A stretch of DNA of 51,587 nucleotides from Candidatus Izemoplasmatales bacterium (GCA_050177605.1 JBFXGX010000006.1:1-51587), one strand, 5' to 3'. Positions 11,167-19,192 are shown, counted from the first letter of the stretch. Numbers and translations are program-made. The notes: generated by a model not told the origin, from the letters alone.

Positions 11167-11600
11167 TGAAGTATGTTTATCTTACTATTTCTTTATTGCT
11201 GACACTATTTGCCTTCTTGATGTCATCTGCTTCCGGAGAATTATCTGGAGATATTAGTTCTTCGTTTAGTCTTACAATCTACCAGGTCATCATTGAACCT
11301 ATTCGCTTTTTTAATTTATCATTTGATACATTCCATACGATTATAAGAAAACTCGCGCATATTACCGAATATTTATTGATGGGATATTTTTGGATGGTAA
11401 CATTTTATCAATTTAAAATAAAAATAGGATACGTTTTCGCGTTAGGATTAATCATTGCTTCTCTAGACGAGATGATTCAACTGTTCTCGGTAGATCGTGG
11501 ACCAAGCATTATTGATGTCCTTTTATATGATTATCTAAGTTTTTTCGTTGGCGCACTCTTTAGCACGAAATACAACCACATATCAATTTTATCAAAATAA
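11166..11600 (+). CDS. VanZ-like family membrane protein
   Basis: IRKLAHITEY and DEMIQLFSVDR...DV motifs; several TM segments. Confidence 0.85.
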   Translation: MKYVYLTISLLLTLFAFLMSSASGELSGDISSSFSLTIYQVIIEPIRFFNLSFDTFHTIIRKLAHITEYLLMGYFWMVTFYQFKIKIGYVFALGLIIASLDEMIQLFSVDRGPSIIDVLLYDYLSFFVGALFSTKYNHISILSK

Positions 11601-11623
11601 GCACCTTTATTGGGTGCTTTTTT
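11599..11623 (+). terminator. Intrinsic terminator after vanZ
   Basis: aagcacct-ttatt-gggtgctt followed by a T-tract. Confidence 0.8.
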
Positions 11624-11705
11624 CATGAAATTAATATTTTTAAGGTTAAAGTTTAATAAAATCAAACTAAAAATTAAAAAAATTAAAAAAAATATTAAAA
11701 AAGTG

Positions 11706-11734
11706 TTGCATTATTAAAAAATAGGGTATATAAT
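11706..11734 (+). promoter_or_regulatory. Sigma-A type promoter of the DUF2089 operon, flanked by A-rich (A/G)TTAAA repeats
   Basis: TTGCAT-17 nt-TATAAT, with multiple ATTAAAAA-like repeats on both sides (about 11640-11810). Confidence 0.8.
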
Positions 11735-11824
11735 GAAAGCGTAAATTAAAAAAGTTAAACAAAAGCATTGAATTAATCAAAAAAATCAATTTTGATTTCA
11801 ATAGATTAAAAAGGAGGAAACAAT

Positions 11825-12025
11825 ATGAACCAACAACTAAAACAAAAAGACAATTCAATATTTTCGAAATCATCTCAGTTGACTCCAAAGTATCTATCTA
11901 AGAAAGATAAAACAGAATCTCAAGAAGAACATTTCAACAACTTTATCTCACGCTTTGGAATGATGATGGTGGACGGAAAAATGATGATGTCCAAGTTTGC
12001 ATGTTTGTCAATCGATCACTTATAG
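11825..12025 (+). CDS. Small hypothetical protein (66 aa), first gene of the operon
   Basis: Perfect RBS aaggagg, downstream of a consensus promoter; the next gene starts 9 nt after the stop. Confidence 0.65.
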   Translation: MNQQLKQKDNSIFSKSSQLTPKYLSKKDKTESQEEHFNNFISRFGMMMVDGKMMMSKFACLSIDHL

Positions 12026-12034
12026 GAGGATATC

Positions 12035-12376
12035 ATGACAAATCCAGTTCTACTTGACTTGAAAGATCAAGTCATTACCACAAAAGAAGCATACGATGAA
12101 TTATACAAACCAAAAAAAGTAAAGAAACCTCGTAAAGCACATTTTGTCAAAGTGAAAGTACGAATTCCTGATGACAGAGCAGCAAATCGTCTACTCGCAT
12201 TCTTCTTATTCTTACCCTTTCCGCTCTTCATTGTGAGAATAGGGTTAAGATTCGTAAAAAATGAAGACGACTTGCCATTACCAAAAAGTGAAATCTTTGA
12301 ATTAATTTCCTACCGCGGAATCAAAGTTAGCGTGAATGCTAAAGGCGGCGAAAAAGTATATATCAAAACATTTTAG
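12035..12376 (+). CDS. Hypothetical protein with an N-terminal SHOCT-like motif and a hydrophobic segment
   Basis: RBS aggagg. VLLDLKDQVITTKEAY resembles motifs in the two downstream proteins. Confidence 0.75.
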   Translation: MTNPVLLDLKDQVITTKEAYDELYKPKKVKKPRKAHFVKVKVRIPDDRAANRLLAFFLFLPFPLFIVRIGLRFVKNEDDLPLPKSEIFELISYRGIKVSVNAKGGEKVYIKTF

Positions 12377-12387
12377 GAGGAATCAAA

Positions 12388-12852
12388 ATGGATCATTTCA
12401 AATTTAAAAAAGACGGACTCAATATTCTTAGTGAAGTGACAAGAACGAAGGCCAAGTATCCTGTCATCTCAGAATGTCCTGTTTGCCATCATGACTTGAT
12501 GGTTGAAAAATTAACGTGTGAACATTGTGGTAGTTCAGTAGAAGGCAAATTTACATTATCTAAATTCAATTACTTAGATATGGATAAGCTTTACTTCATT
12601 GAGATTTTCGTGAAGAATCGTGGAAACATCAAAGCAATTGAAAAAGAAATGAATTTAAGCTATCCAACAATTAAAAAACTTCTTGATGATGTAATCTTAG
12701 AATTAGGGTATACACCAGAGGCTCAAGAAAGTGAAGAAGTGAAAGAAGAACCAGCAAAACCAAAAGTATCAAAAGTCGAAATTCTCGACAAAATCTCTAA
12801 AGGCGAAATCAGTGTTACTGAAGCAGCCGAACTTTTGAAAAAACTTAAATAG
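12388..12852 (+). CDS. DUF2089 family Zn-ribbon/HTH regulator with a C-terminal SHOCT-like motif
   Basis: CPVC...CEHC, FVKNRGNIKAIEKEMNLSYPTIK (HTH) and ILDKISKGEISVTEAAELL. Confidence 0.9.
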   Translation: MDHFKFKKDGLNILSEVTRTKAKYPVISECPVCHHDLMVEKLTCEHCGSSVEGKFTLSKFNYLDMDKLYFIEIFVKNRGNIKAIEKEMNLSYPTIKKLLDDVILELGYTPEAQESEEVKEEPAKPKVSKVEILDKISKGEISVTEAAELLKKLK

Positions 12853-12864
12853 GAGGAACAAAAA

Positions 12865-13248
12865 ATGGCAAAAAACGATCTTAAAGAAGAAAGAATGAAA
12901 ATATTAGAATTATTAACTAAAGGATTAATCACAGCGGATGATGCAGAAAAATTACTTGCTGCTTTAGGTGAAGCCCCTGAAGAAAAAGTAGAATTTGTAA
13001 CCGCAAAGAAAAATCAATTCAGAATGTTAAAGGTATTCGTTAATTCAGCGGATGGCGATGAAGTTAAAATTGAACTTCCAATCGAATTTGCAAAATTATT
13101 AAAATCGAAAAAATTTAACATTGACGCAATTGACGATATGGATATCGATGTTGATATGCTAATCGAAATGATTAATTCTGGTGTGATCGGTGAAATTGTC
13201 AATGTCAAATCAGCGGATGGCGACATTGTTAGAGTGGTTGTAGAATAA
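12865..13248 (+). CDS. SHOCT-like (YvlB/LiaX N-terminus-like) domain protein
   Basis: EERMKILELLTKGLITADDAEKLL and a duplicated SADGD motif; RBS aggagg. Confidence 0.8.
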   Translation: MAKNDLKEERMKILELLTKGLITADDAEKLLAALGEAPEEKVEFVTAKKNQFRMLKVFVNSADGDEVKIELPIEFAKLLKSKKFNIDAIDDMDIDVDMLIEMINSGVIGEIVNVKSADGDIVRVVVE

Positions 13249-13263
13249 AACTCTTCTTTTTAG

Positions 13264-13299
13264 AAAAAGGACAAGAAAATGAAAACTTGTCCTTTTTTT
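13264..13299 (+). terminator. Intrinsic terminator of the DUF2089 operon
   Basis: aaaaaggacaag-N10-cttgtcctttttttt. Confidence 0.85.
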
Positions 13300-13375
13300 C
13301 TTTCATAAACTAGTTACACAAAAGTAACCAAAAATGTGTTATAATAGATAATGATAGGACTCCTGGAGGGCAATA

Positions 13376-14575
13376 ATGAAATCAATACGTGAACTATACA
13401 AAATTGGCTATGGGCCATCCAGTTCACATACGATGGGACCACAAAAAGCATGTGTATTGTTTCAACAGACCTTTCCTGATACAGTACGCTTTAAGGTCAT
13501 CCTCTATGGATCACTGGCATTAACCGGTAAAGGTCATCTTACCGATGAAATCATTAAAAAAACTTTAGGGGACGTTGAAGTTGAATTTAATAAATCGTTT
13601 CCTTTTTCACATCCGAATACCTTTGAAATCTATGGTTATACCTTAGATAACACAGAGTACTTTTGGCGTGTTTATAGCATCGGTGGCGGTTCGATACAAA
13701 TTGAAGGAGAAGAAACCTTTCCTTCTCCAAGTATTTATCCACATCATTCATTTGATGAAATCAAGAAATATTGTGAACAAGAAAATATACGATTATATGA
13801 ATATGTAGAGCGATTTGAAGGAAAAGAGATTTGGATTTTTCTTGATGAAATCTATCGTTCTATGATGAATACTATCAATCAAGGACTATCCAAAGAAGGC
13901 ACTTTGCCAGGAATATTAAAAGTCAAAAGAAAAGCAAAACAATTACTTGAGAAAGTATTTGAAAATGAACCTTCTGAAATCACTGAAAGCAGACTTGTTA
14001 GTGCCTATGCCTACGCCACATCTGAAGAAAATGCAAGTGGCGAAATCGTCGTTACTGCACCAACTTGTGGTGCAAGTGGGGTCGTTCCTGCGGTGATGCG
14101 CTATATGAAAGAAAAACATCACTTTAAAAAACAAACTTGTCTTCATGCACTCGCTACAGCTGGGATTATTGGAAATATTATTAAACATAATGCATCGATA
14201 AGTGGAGCCGTTGCAGGGTGCCAAGCTGAAATTGGTAGTGCCTGTTCAATGGGCGCAGCACTTCATGCGGAATTATTTAAACTGAGTTTACATCAAATTG
14301 AATACGCAGCTGAAATAGCCATGGAACATCACTTAGGACTGACTTGTGACCCTGTTCTTGGCTATGTTCAGATTCCTTGTATCGAAAGGAATGCTGTTGC
14401 GGCATTGCGCGCAATAGATGCATGCGGACTTAGTTTCTTTTTAAGTGAATCAAGAAAAATATCGTTTGATATGGTCGTTGAAACGATGTATCAAACGGGA
14501 AAAGACATCCATACAAAATACCGTGAAACTGGTATCGGCGGATTAGCCGAACTATATACGAAGATTAAAGGATAA
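13376..14575 (+). CDS. sdaA: Fe-S dependent L-serine dehydratase, single chain
   Basis: GPSSSHTMGP, YGSLALTGKGH, APTCGASG, GCQAEIG and GLTCDPV...PCIERN motifs. Confidence 0.93.
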   Translation: MKSIRELYKIGYGPSSSHTMGPQKACVLFQQTFPDTVRFKVILYGSLALTGKGHLTDEIIKKTLGDVEVEFNKSFPFSHPNTFEIYGYTLDNTEYFWRVYSIGGGSIQIEGEETFPSPSIYPHHSFDEIKKYCEQENIRLYEYVERFEGKEIWIFLDEIYRSMMNTINQGLSKEGTLPGILKVKRKAKQLLEKVFENEPSEITESRLVSAYAYATSEENASGEIVVTAPTCGASGVVPAVMRYMKEKHHFKKQTCLHALATAGIIGNIIKHNASISGAVAGCQAEIGSACSMGAALHAELFKLSLHQIEYAAEIAMEHHLGLTCDPVLGYVQIPCIERNAVAALRAIDACGLSFFLSESRKISFDMVVETMYQTGKDIHTKYRETGIGGLAELYTKIKG

Positions 14576-14588
14576 GAAAGGGACCATT

Positions 14589-15941
14589 ATGGAAAGTTAT
14601 GAGTATCGTACAATCGTAGAAGCCATTGATTTTACACATGATGCGCTAGGAGTCTGTAAACTTGAAGATGGGTATACCGTTTTTGTCGAAGATCTTCTGA
14701 AAGGTGAAAAAGCCGAAATTGTAATAACTGAACGAAGAAAAAATTATGGATTTGGAAAAGTCGTCGAGCGACTAGAAAGAAGTCCTTATCGTGCAGCGCC
14801 TAAATGTAAACATTTTTATGAGTGTGGCGGATGTCAAATGATGCATATGGACTATGATTTACAAGTCCATTTTAAACAATATCGTGTTGAAAATTTATTA
14901 AAACGTAATGGATTTGAAGAAACGCTTGTGAATGATACGATTTCAATGATGAATCCATATTATTATCGAAATAAAGTTGAAATCAAGTTTGCCGAAGGTG
15001 CCAAAGGCGTTGAAGTAGGCTTCTTCCAAAATAAATCTCATCATTTGGTCAATTTAGAAGAATGTTATATTATGCCAAAAAAGACTTTCGAAACCATGAA
15101 TTTAATGAGAAATCTTGCCAATGAATTTGGATTAAAGGCATATAGTGAAGAAACAAAAAAAGGATTACTGAAATCGGCTGTAATTCGTGAATCCTTTACA
15201 AATAAAGAAATTGTCATCTTAATTAATACAACGAATGAATCTTTCCCAAATCAAGATGCTTTTGTGAAAAAACTTATCACAAAGATTCCAGAAGTGAAAG
15301 GAATTGGAAGAAGTATTTCTAATGACGAATCTACTTTGTCAAAAGATCCAATTGAATTGCTTTATGGAAAAGACCATTTAACTGATAAAATTAATGGTTT
15401 AACTTTTGAAATTGGTTTTAGATCTTTCTTCCAAACAAATACATTACAAACAGAAAAATTATATGCAAAAGCATTAGAATATGCAGAACTTTCTGGTAAA
15501 GATAAGGTTATCGATGCCTATTGTGGCATTGGAACGATTGGTCTTTCTGCAAGTAAAGATAGTTATAAAGTCTTTGGAATTGAAGTCGTTAGACAAGCGA
15601 TTGTAGATGCGAAAAGAAATGCGGAAATAAACAAAATTGAAAATGCCTTTTTTGAAGTAGGTACTTCAGAAAGCGTCATTCAAAAATGGAAAAAATATAA
15701 ATTTGATGTTATCTTTATTGATCCGCCTAGAAAAGGTTGCGATAAGGAATTCATTGATACGCTGATTTCAATGAAAATACCAAAGATTGTTTATGTTTCT
15801 TGTGATCCAGCCACATTAGTTCGTGATTTGAAATTCTTAAGAGATGCTGGATACGAATTAAAAGAAGTTACTCCAGTGGATATGTTTCCACAAACTACTC
15901 ACGTAGAAACAGTTTCATTACTTACATATTCACAATCTTAA
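14589..15941 (+). CDS. rlmD: 23S rRNA (uracil-C5)-methyltransferase RlmD/RumA family, paralogue 1
   Basis: TRAM N-terminus, Fe-S motif CKHFYECGGC, FFQTN, DPPRKG, YVSCDP and DMFPQTTHVE. Confidence 0.93.
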   Translation: MESYEYRTIVEAIDFTHDALGVCKLEDGYTVFVEDLLKGEKAEIVITERRKNYGFGKVVERLERSPYRAAPKCKHFYECGGCQMMHMDYDLQVHFKQYRVENLLKRNGFEETLVNDTISMMNPYYYRNKVEIKFAEGAKGVEVGFFQNKSHHLVNLEECYIMPKKTFETMNLMRNLANEFGLKAYSEETKKGLLKSAVIRESFTNKEIVILINTTNESFPNQDAFVKKLITKIPEVKGIGRSISNDESTLSKDPIELLYGKDHLTDKINGLTFEIGFRSFFQTNTLQTEKLYAKALEYAELSGKDKVIDAYCGIGTIGLSASKDSYKVFGIEVVRQAIVDAKRNAEINKIENAFFEVGTSESVIQKWKKYKFDVIFIDPPRKGCDKEFIDTLISMKIPKIVYVSCDPATLVRDLKFLRDAGYELKEVTPVDMFPQTTHVETVSLLTYSQS

Positions 15942-15976
15942 CTGATTTAATGTTCAATCTGTCTATAGAACAATCA

Positions 15977-16025
15977 AAAACGCCATCGTGCTCTTAAGGA
16001 ATGACTGATGGCGTTTCTTTTTTTT
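15977..16025 (+). terminator. Intrinsic terminator after rlmD
   Basis: aaacgccatc...gatggcgttt followed by a long T-tract. Confidence 0.75.
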
Positions 16026-16065
16026 GTGAATATATATACTCTCCAAAACATAGAGAAGGGATATA

Positions 16066-16094
16066 TTGATTGAATCGCCAATTCGTGCTATGAT
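16066..16094 (+). promoter_or_regulatory. Sigma-A type promoter of the XRE gene
   Basis: TTGATT-17 nt-TATGAT with an extended TG. Confidence 0.6.
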
Positions 16095-16111
16095 GGAATT
16101 AGGTGATTAAT

Positions 16112-16921
16112 TTGAATATAGCAGAAAATATTAAAACTTTGAGAGTTAGTCGGAAGTGGACACAGAAGGAACTTGGTCAAAAATTGTATGTCAGTGATAA
16201 AACTATCAGTAAGTGGGAAAGTAATCGAAGCGTACCTGACATTTTTATGATTGAGGAACTTGCTAAAATTTTTAATGTATCCGTTGAATACATCCTTAAC
16301 ACAGATAAGTCATCCCATTCAAACAACAGGAAGATTTTTCGGCTTTATCATCTGATTTCTAAATGGGCGAAGAAGAATGCTATATTTTCAATTTTCCTTT
16401 TGATGTCACTTATTTCTTTAATTGTTCTTTCAATATTGAGAGATGAAATAGCCTATTTTTATCTACAATTCGTTATGATGATTTATATCATATTGCTTTG
16501 CATTAAATACACTAAATGGTATGCAATCCTATTTTTATTACTAGGGACTCAATTATTGGATCAAATGATTGTCTTTTTACAACTTCATCTATTGGATAGT
16601 TACTTACTTTTACCACTTTTTCTATTTTTATTTTTATTGATGGTTTTTATCATCAAAGAGTTGATTTTATCCAAAAAATGGAAACATTTGATTATTTTTA
16701 TTGATATATTTTTTATCTTACTTTTTATGAAGCTAGTTATGAATGCATTCGTGGTGTCTTACCACATTACATCCAGTAGTGATTATTCTGATATCTTATC
16801 TACCACGAATTACTTGGTTTCTGTCATGATGATTTCATTATCTCTTGTTATTATTGGAGCACTACATCAATGGATTATTCCAATACTATCGAAAAAAAGA
16901 GATCAAGCATCCATTGCTTGA
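16112..16921 (+). CDS. XRE-family HTH protein with a multi-TM C-terminal domain
   Basis: LRVSRKWTQKELGQKLYVSDKTISKWESNRSVPD followed by about six hydrophobic segments. TTG 16112 follows aggtga. Confidence 0.85.
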   Translation: MNIAENIKTLRVSRKWTQKELGQKLYVSDKTISKWESNRSVPDIFMIEELAKIFNVSVEYILNTDKSSHSNNRKIFRLYHLISKWAKKNAIFSIFLLMSLISLIVLSILRDEIAYFYLQFVMMIYIILLCIKYTKWYAILFLLLGTQLLDQMIVFLQLHLLDSYLLLPLFLFLFLLMVFIIKELILSKKWKHLIIFIDIFFILLFMKLVMNAFVVSYHITSSSDYSDILSTTNYLVSVMMISLSLVIIGALHQWIIPILSKKRDQASIA

Positions 16922-16965
16922 TTTCATTTTATTATGGTAATATATATTTAGAATGGAGTGATAAT

Positions 16966-17316
16966 ATGTTATATATGATGATAGTGAAAGCTTCTAGTAA
17001 TTCTGAAGGAGCCAATATTCCGAATAAAGAACTCATGCTAAAGATGGATGAGTATAATGACGAGCTAATAGCAGCTGGAGTACGAGTTATGGCGAAAGGG
17101 CTACATCCAAGCAGTGAAGGGTATCGTCTATCTTTTCCAATAGAACAAAACGAAACTATCTTAACTGCAGGTCCATTTAAACCAGAAAAAGATGTTGTTG
17201 CAGGGCTCTTTCTAATAGAAGTATCATCGCACGAAGAAGCAATGAAATGGTTTTTGAAAGTTCCAGACCCACAAGGAAATGGTGAAGGGCAAGTTGAATT
17301 AAGACAAGTATATTAA
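16966..17316 (+). CDS. YciI (DGPF-motif) family protein
   Basis: GLHPS, AGPF and VELRQV motifs. ATG 16966 follows ggagtga (ORF-track start 16870 overlaps the upstream gene). Confidence 0.85.
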   Translation: MLYMMIVKASSNSEGANIPNKELMLKMDEYNDELIAAGVRVMAKGLHPSSEGYRLSFPIEQNETILTAGPFKPEKDVVAGLFLIEVSSHEEAMKWFLKVPDPQGNGEGQVELRQVY

Positions 17317-17346
17317 AAAAGGTCTTCCGAAATGGAAGGCCTTTTT
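17316..17346. terminator. Bidirectional terminator
   Basis: aaaaaggtcttcc-gaaat-ggaaggccttttt between convergent genes. Confidence 0.85.
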
Positions 17347-18283
17347 ATATATTTTCTGTTAGGAGAATCTCTTTATATTCTTTGAATAAATCAAAAGGAT
17401 CAAAATTAAAATCTTCAAAAAGTGTATTGAAGAAAAATTCAGTATTTTTTGCGTTATTCTTACTAATCACTTCCGCAAAACATAAAGTAGCATAGTGCTT
17501 TGCTTTTTTAAACTCACCTCTTCTTTTATAACAAATGGACAATACATAATATAATTTTCCAAGTCCTTGACTTAGTCCATTTTTTAAACATATTCTTACA
17601 CCGGTATTTGCAATCTTAATTGCTTCATCATCCTGATGTTTACTTCCAAGGGTAATAGATAGGTTCGTATATATCGCTGGTAAGATATAGCTTATATCTG
17701 AAGTTAAGTATTTCACAGATTTATCATCCAGTATTCGAAGAAGTAATTCCATTGCGCCAGTTCTATCTATTTTCTCTTCTATATCTGAAATTTCAAGGAT
17801 GGATATGATATCAATAAAATCAAATGCGTTATTGTTAATACATTCAGGATAATTACATAACTTTGAATATTGGTCATATGCAGCTTGATCATAGATTTCT
17901 TTATGGATTCTGTGATATCTCGTTTTACAATAGGTCAATAATCTTTCATTAAACAAACTTAGGCTGGTCAGTTTTGATATTTTATCTGCATTGTCTATAA
18001 AATTGTCAAATTGATGATGCTCTATTTGCTTGTATAAATCAATTAATTTTCTTGTTTCATAGGCGTCCTTTTCACTGAGTGAAAAATAGAAATCTCTTTG
18101 ACTAAGTCCAAGACGATTCACAAATTCCATCAGCCTTTTTTCGCTAATATTGTTTTCTCCACTTAAGTATTTACGATATTGTCTATCACCACAAATACCC
18201 TCACAGAGTTTTTCGACTGTGATGTTTTTTTTGATACGGATGTTATCAAGATGAATCATTGTTTTTAATATTTCAGTTATCAT
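17345..18283 (-). CDS. HTH-TPR transcriptional regulator of the RRNPP (Rgg/PlcR/NprR-like) family
   Basis: N-terminal XRE-type HTH (RIKKNITVEKLCEGICGDRQYRKYLSGE) and C-terminal TPR-like helices (IYTNLSITL...EAIKIANTG; LGKLYYVLSICYKRRGEFKKAK); about 312 aa. ATG 18283 follows aaggtggg. Confidence 0.8.
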   Translation of the reverse strand: MITEILKTMIHLDNIRIKKNITVEKLCEGICGDRQYRKYLSGENNISEKRLMEFVNRLGLSQRDFYFSLSEKDAYETRKLIDLYKQIEHHQFDNFIDNADKISKLTSLSLFNERLLTYCKTRYHRIHKEIYDQAAYDQYSKLCNYPECINNNAFDFIDIISILEISDIEEKIDRTGAMELLLRILDDKSVKYLTSDISYILPAIYTNLSITLGSKHQDDEAIKIANTGVRICLKNGLSQGLGKLYYVLSICYKRRGEFKKAKHYATLCFAEVISKNNAKNTEFFFNTLFEDFNFDPFDLFKEYKEILLTENI

Positions 18284-18299
18284 GTTTAGTCCCACCTTA

Positions 18300-18347
18300 A
18301 AAACGGCCGTTACAGGGCCTGTTTTCTATCTTCCTTGTATTATACCA
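18300..18347. promoter_or_regulatory. Divergent control region: GC-rich imperfect inverted repeat and overlapping -10 elements
   Basis: aaaacggcc-gttacag-ggcctgtttt at 18300-18325; TGgTATAAT on the minus strand at 18347-18339; TATTAT on the plus strand at 18338-18343. Confidence 0.55.
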
Positions 18348-18366
18348 TAGGATACAGGAGGATAAA

Positions 18367-18507
18367 ATGAAAAATCGAATGGCAAAGTTTGTGCTATTCA
18401 TTACGATGACTATGTTTTTATTTGGTGTCGCCCTTAAATCTGTCAACGCAGAAATCAGTGCCATGCCCAAAGAAGAACCGACAATTCCAATCGAATTAGA
18501 TCAGTAG
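18367..18507 (+). CDS. Unannotated 46-aa secreted propeptide, candidate signalling peptide precursor
   Basis: RBS aggagg. Translation is MKNRMAKFVLFITMTMFLFGVALKSVNA-EISAMPKEEPTIPIELDQ, with n/h/c regions and a V-x-A cleavage site. Ends in TAG TGA TGA. Confidence 0.85.
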   Translation: MKNRMAKFVLFITMTMFLFGVALKSVNAEISAMPKEEPTIPIELDQ

Positions 18508-18579
18508 TGATGAACTCAAACTGAAATTGTAGATACAGTCTACTTTTTCGTCTTTTGATTTTTAGAAAGGAGCAAGTTA

Positions 18580-18867
18580 ATGAATTCCATTGAAAAAATG
18601 ATTCGAATAGAAAAAGATGGGTTATGCGATACCATCATCCAATATACTAATGATCGATTTATTTTGAGTTATGCTAAACAGTTAAAAAATATTAGGTATG
18701 ATGATGACAAAGAAGTGTTTATTGAACTAGTATCAAAATTATATCAGTGGTATGTAACAACGATTGAAAAAATAATGTCGAGTGAATTCACACTAGATAA
18801 ATCCGCTCATCAAAAAAGCAAGAATATATTAAAACAAATTTTAGAATATATAGACAAAGAAGATTAG
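18580..18867 (+). CDS. Hypothetical protein (95 aa)
   Basis: RBS aaaggag; no recognised motif. Confidence 0.7.
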   Translation: MNSIEKMIRIEKDGLCDTIIQYTNDRFILSYAKQLKNIRYDDDKEVFIELVSKLYQWYVTTIEKIMSSEFTLDKSAHQKSKNILKQILEYIDKED

Positions 18868-18878
18868 GGGTGAAATAA

Positions 18879-19160
18879 ATGGAATATTCTAAAGAAGTAA
18901 TAGATTTAGTTTGGGAAATGGCGTTTGAAATTGAAGGAAAAGATCCGTCCATCTATCGGAAGGATAAATGTGGTGCGACCATCAGGAAAGATTTACTAAA
19001 TACAACAAATACTTACGGATGGATAATTAATCATATTCATCCTATCAGTTGTGGTGGGATTGAGTTTTTTACAAATTATCAACCGCTTCATTGGAAAAAC
19101 CATGAAAGCAAGGGTGAAGGACCAGATTTTCCTCACGTATATTGTGTATGGAATAAATAA
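18879..19160 (+). CDS. Small stand-alone HNH endonuclease-like protein
   Basis: VW...RKDKCGATI...GWIINHIHPISCGG...NYQPLHWKNH matches the RKDxCGAxI/GWExDHIxP..GG..NLQ type; RBS ggggtga. Confidence 0.75.
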   Translation: MEYSKEVIDLVWEMAFEIEGKDPSIYRKDKCGATIRKDLLNTTNTYGWIINHIHPISCGGIEFFTNYQPLHWKNHESKGEGPDFPHVYCVWNK

Positions 19161-19163
19161 AAG

Positions 19164-19192
19164 GGCCGCGAAATAATCGCGGCCATATTTTT
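19164..19192. terminator. Terminator hairpin between the HNH gene and the esterase
   Basis: ggccgcga-aataa-tcgcggcc with A/T-rich flanks. Confidence 0.75.

Noticed and set aside
11628..11812. Possible CRISPR array or tandem repeat
   Set aside because: Units are short, degenerate A-tracts without constant-length repeats or unique spacers, and there are no cas genes.
11667..11888. 73-aa hydrophobic minus-strand ORF
   Set aside because: An artefact of reading the A-rich promoter region backwards (Phe/Leu codons); it overlaps a well-supported plus-strand promoter and gene.
19128..19150. Possible attR copy of the rlmD 3' end (ctcacgta)
   Set aside because: Only 8 identical bases, inside the HNH coding sequence, and no recombinase nearby; consistent with chance.
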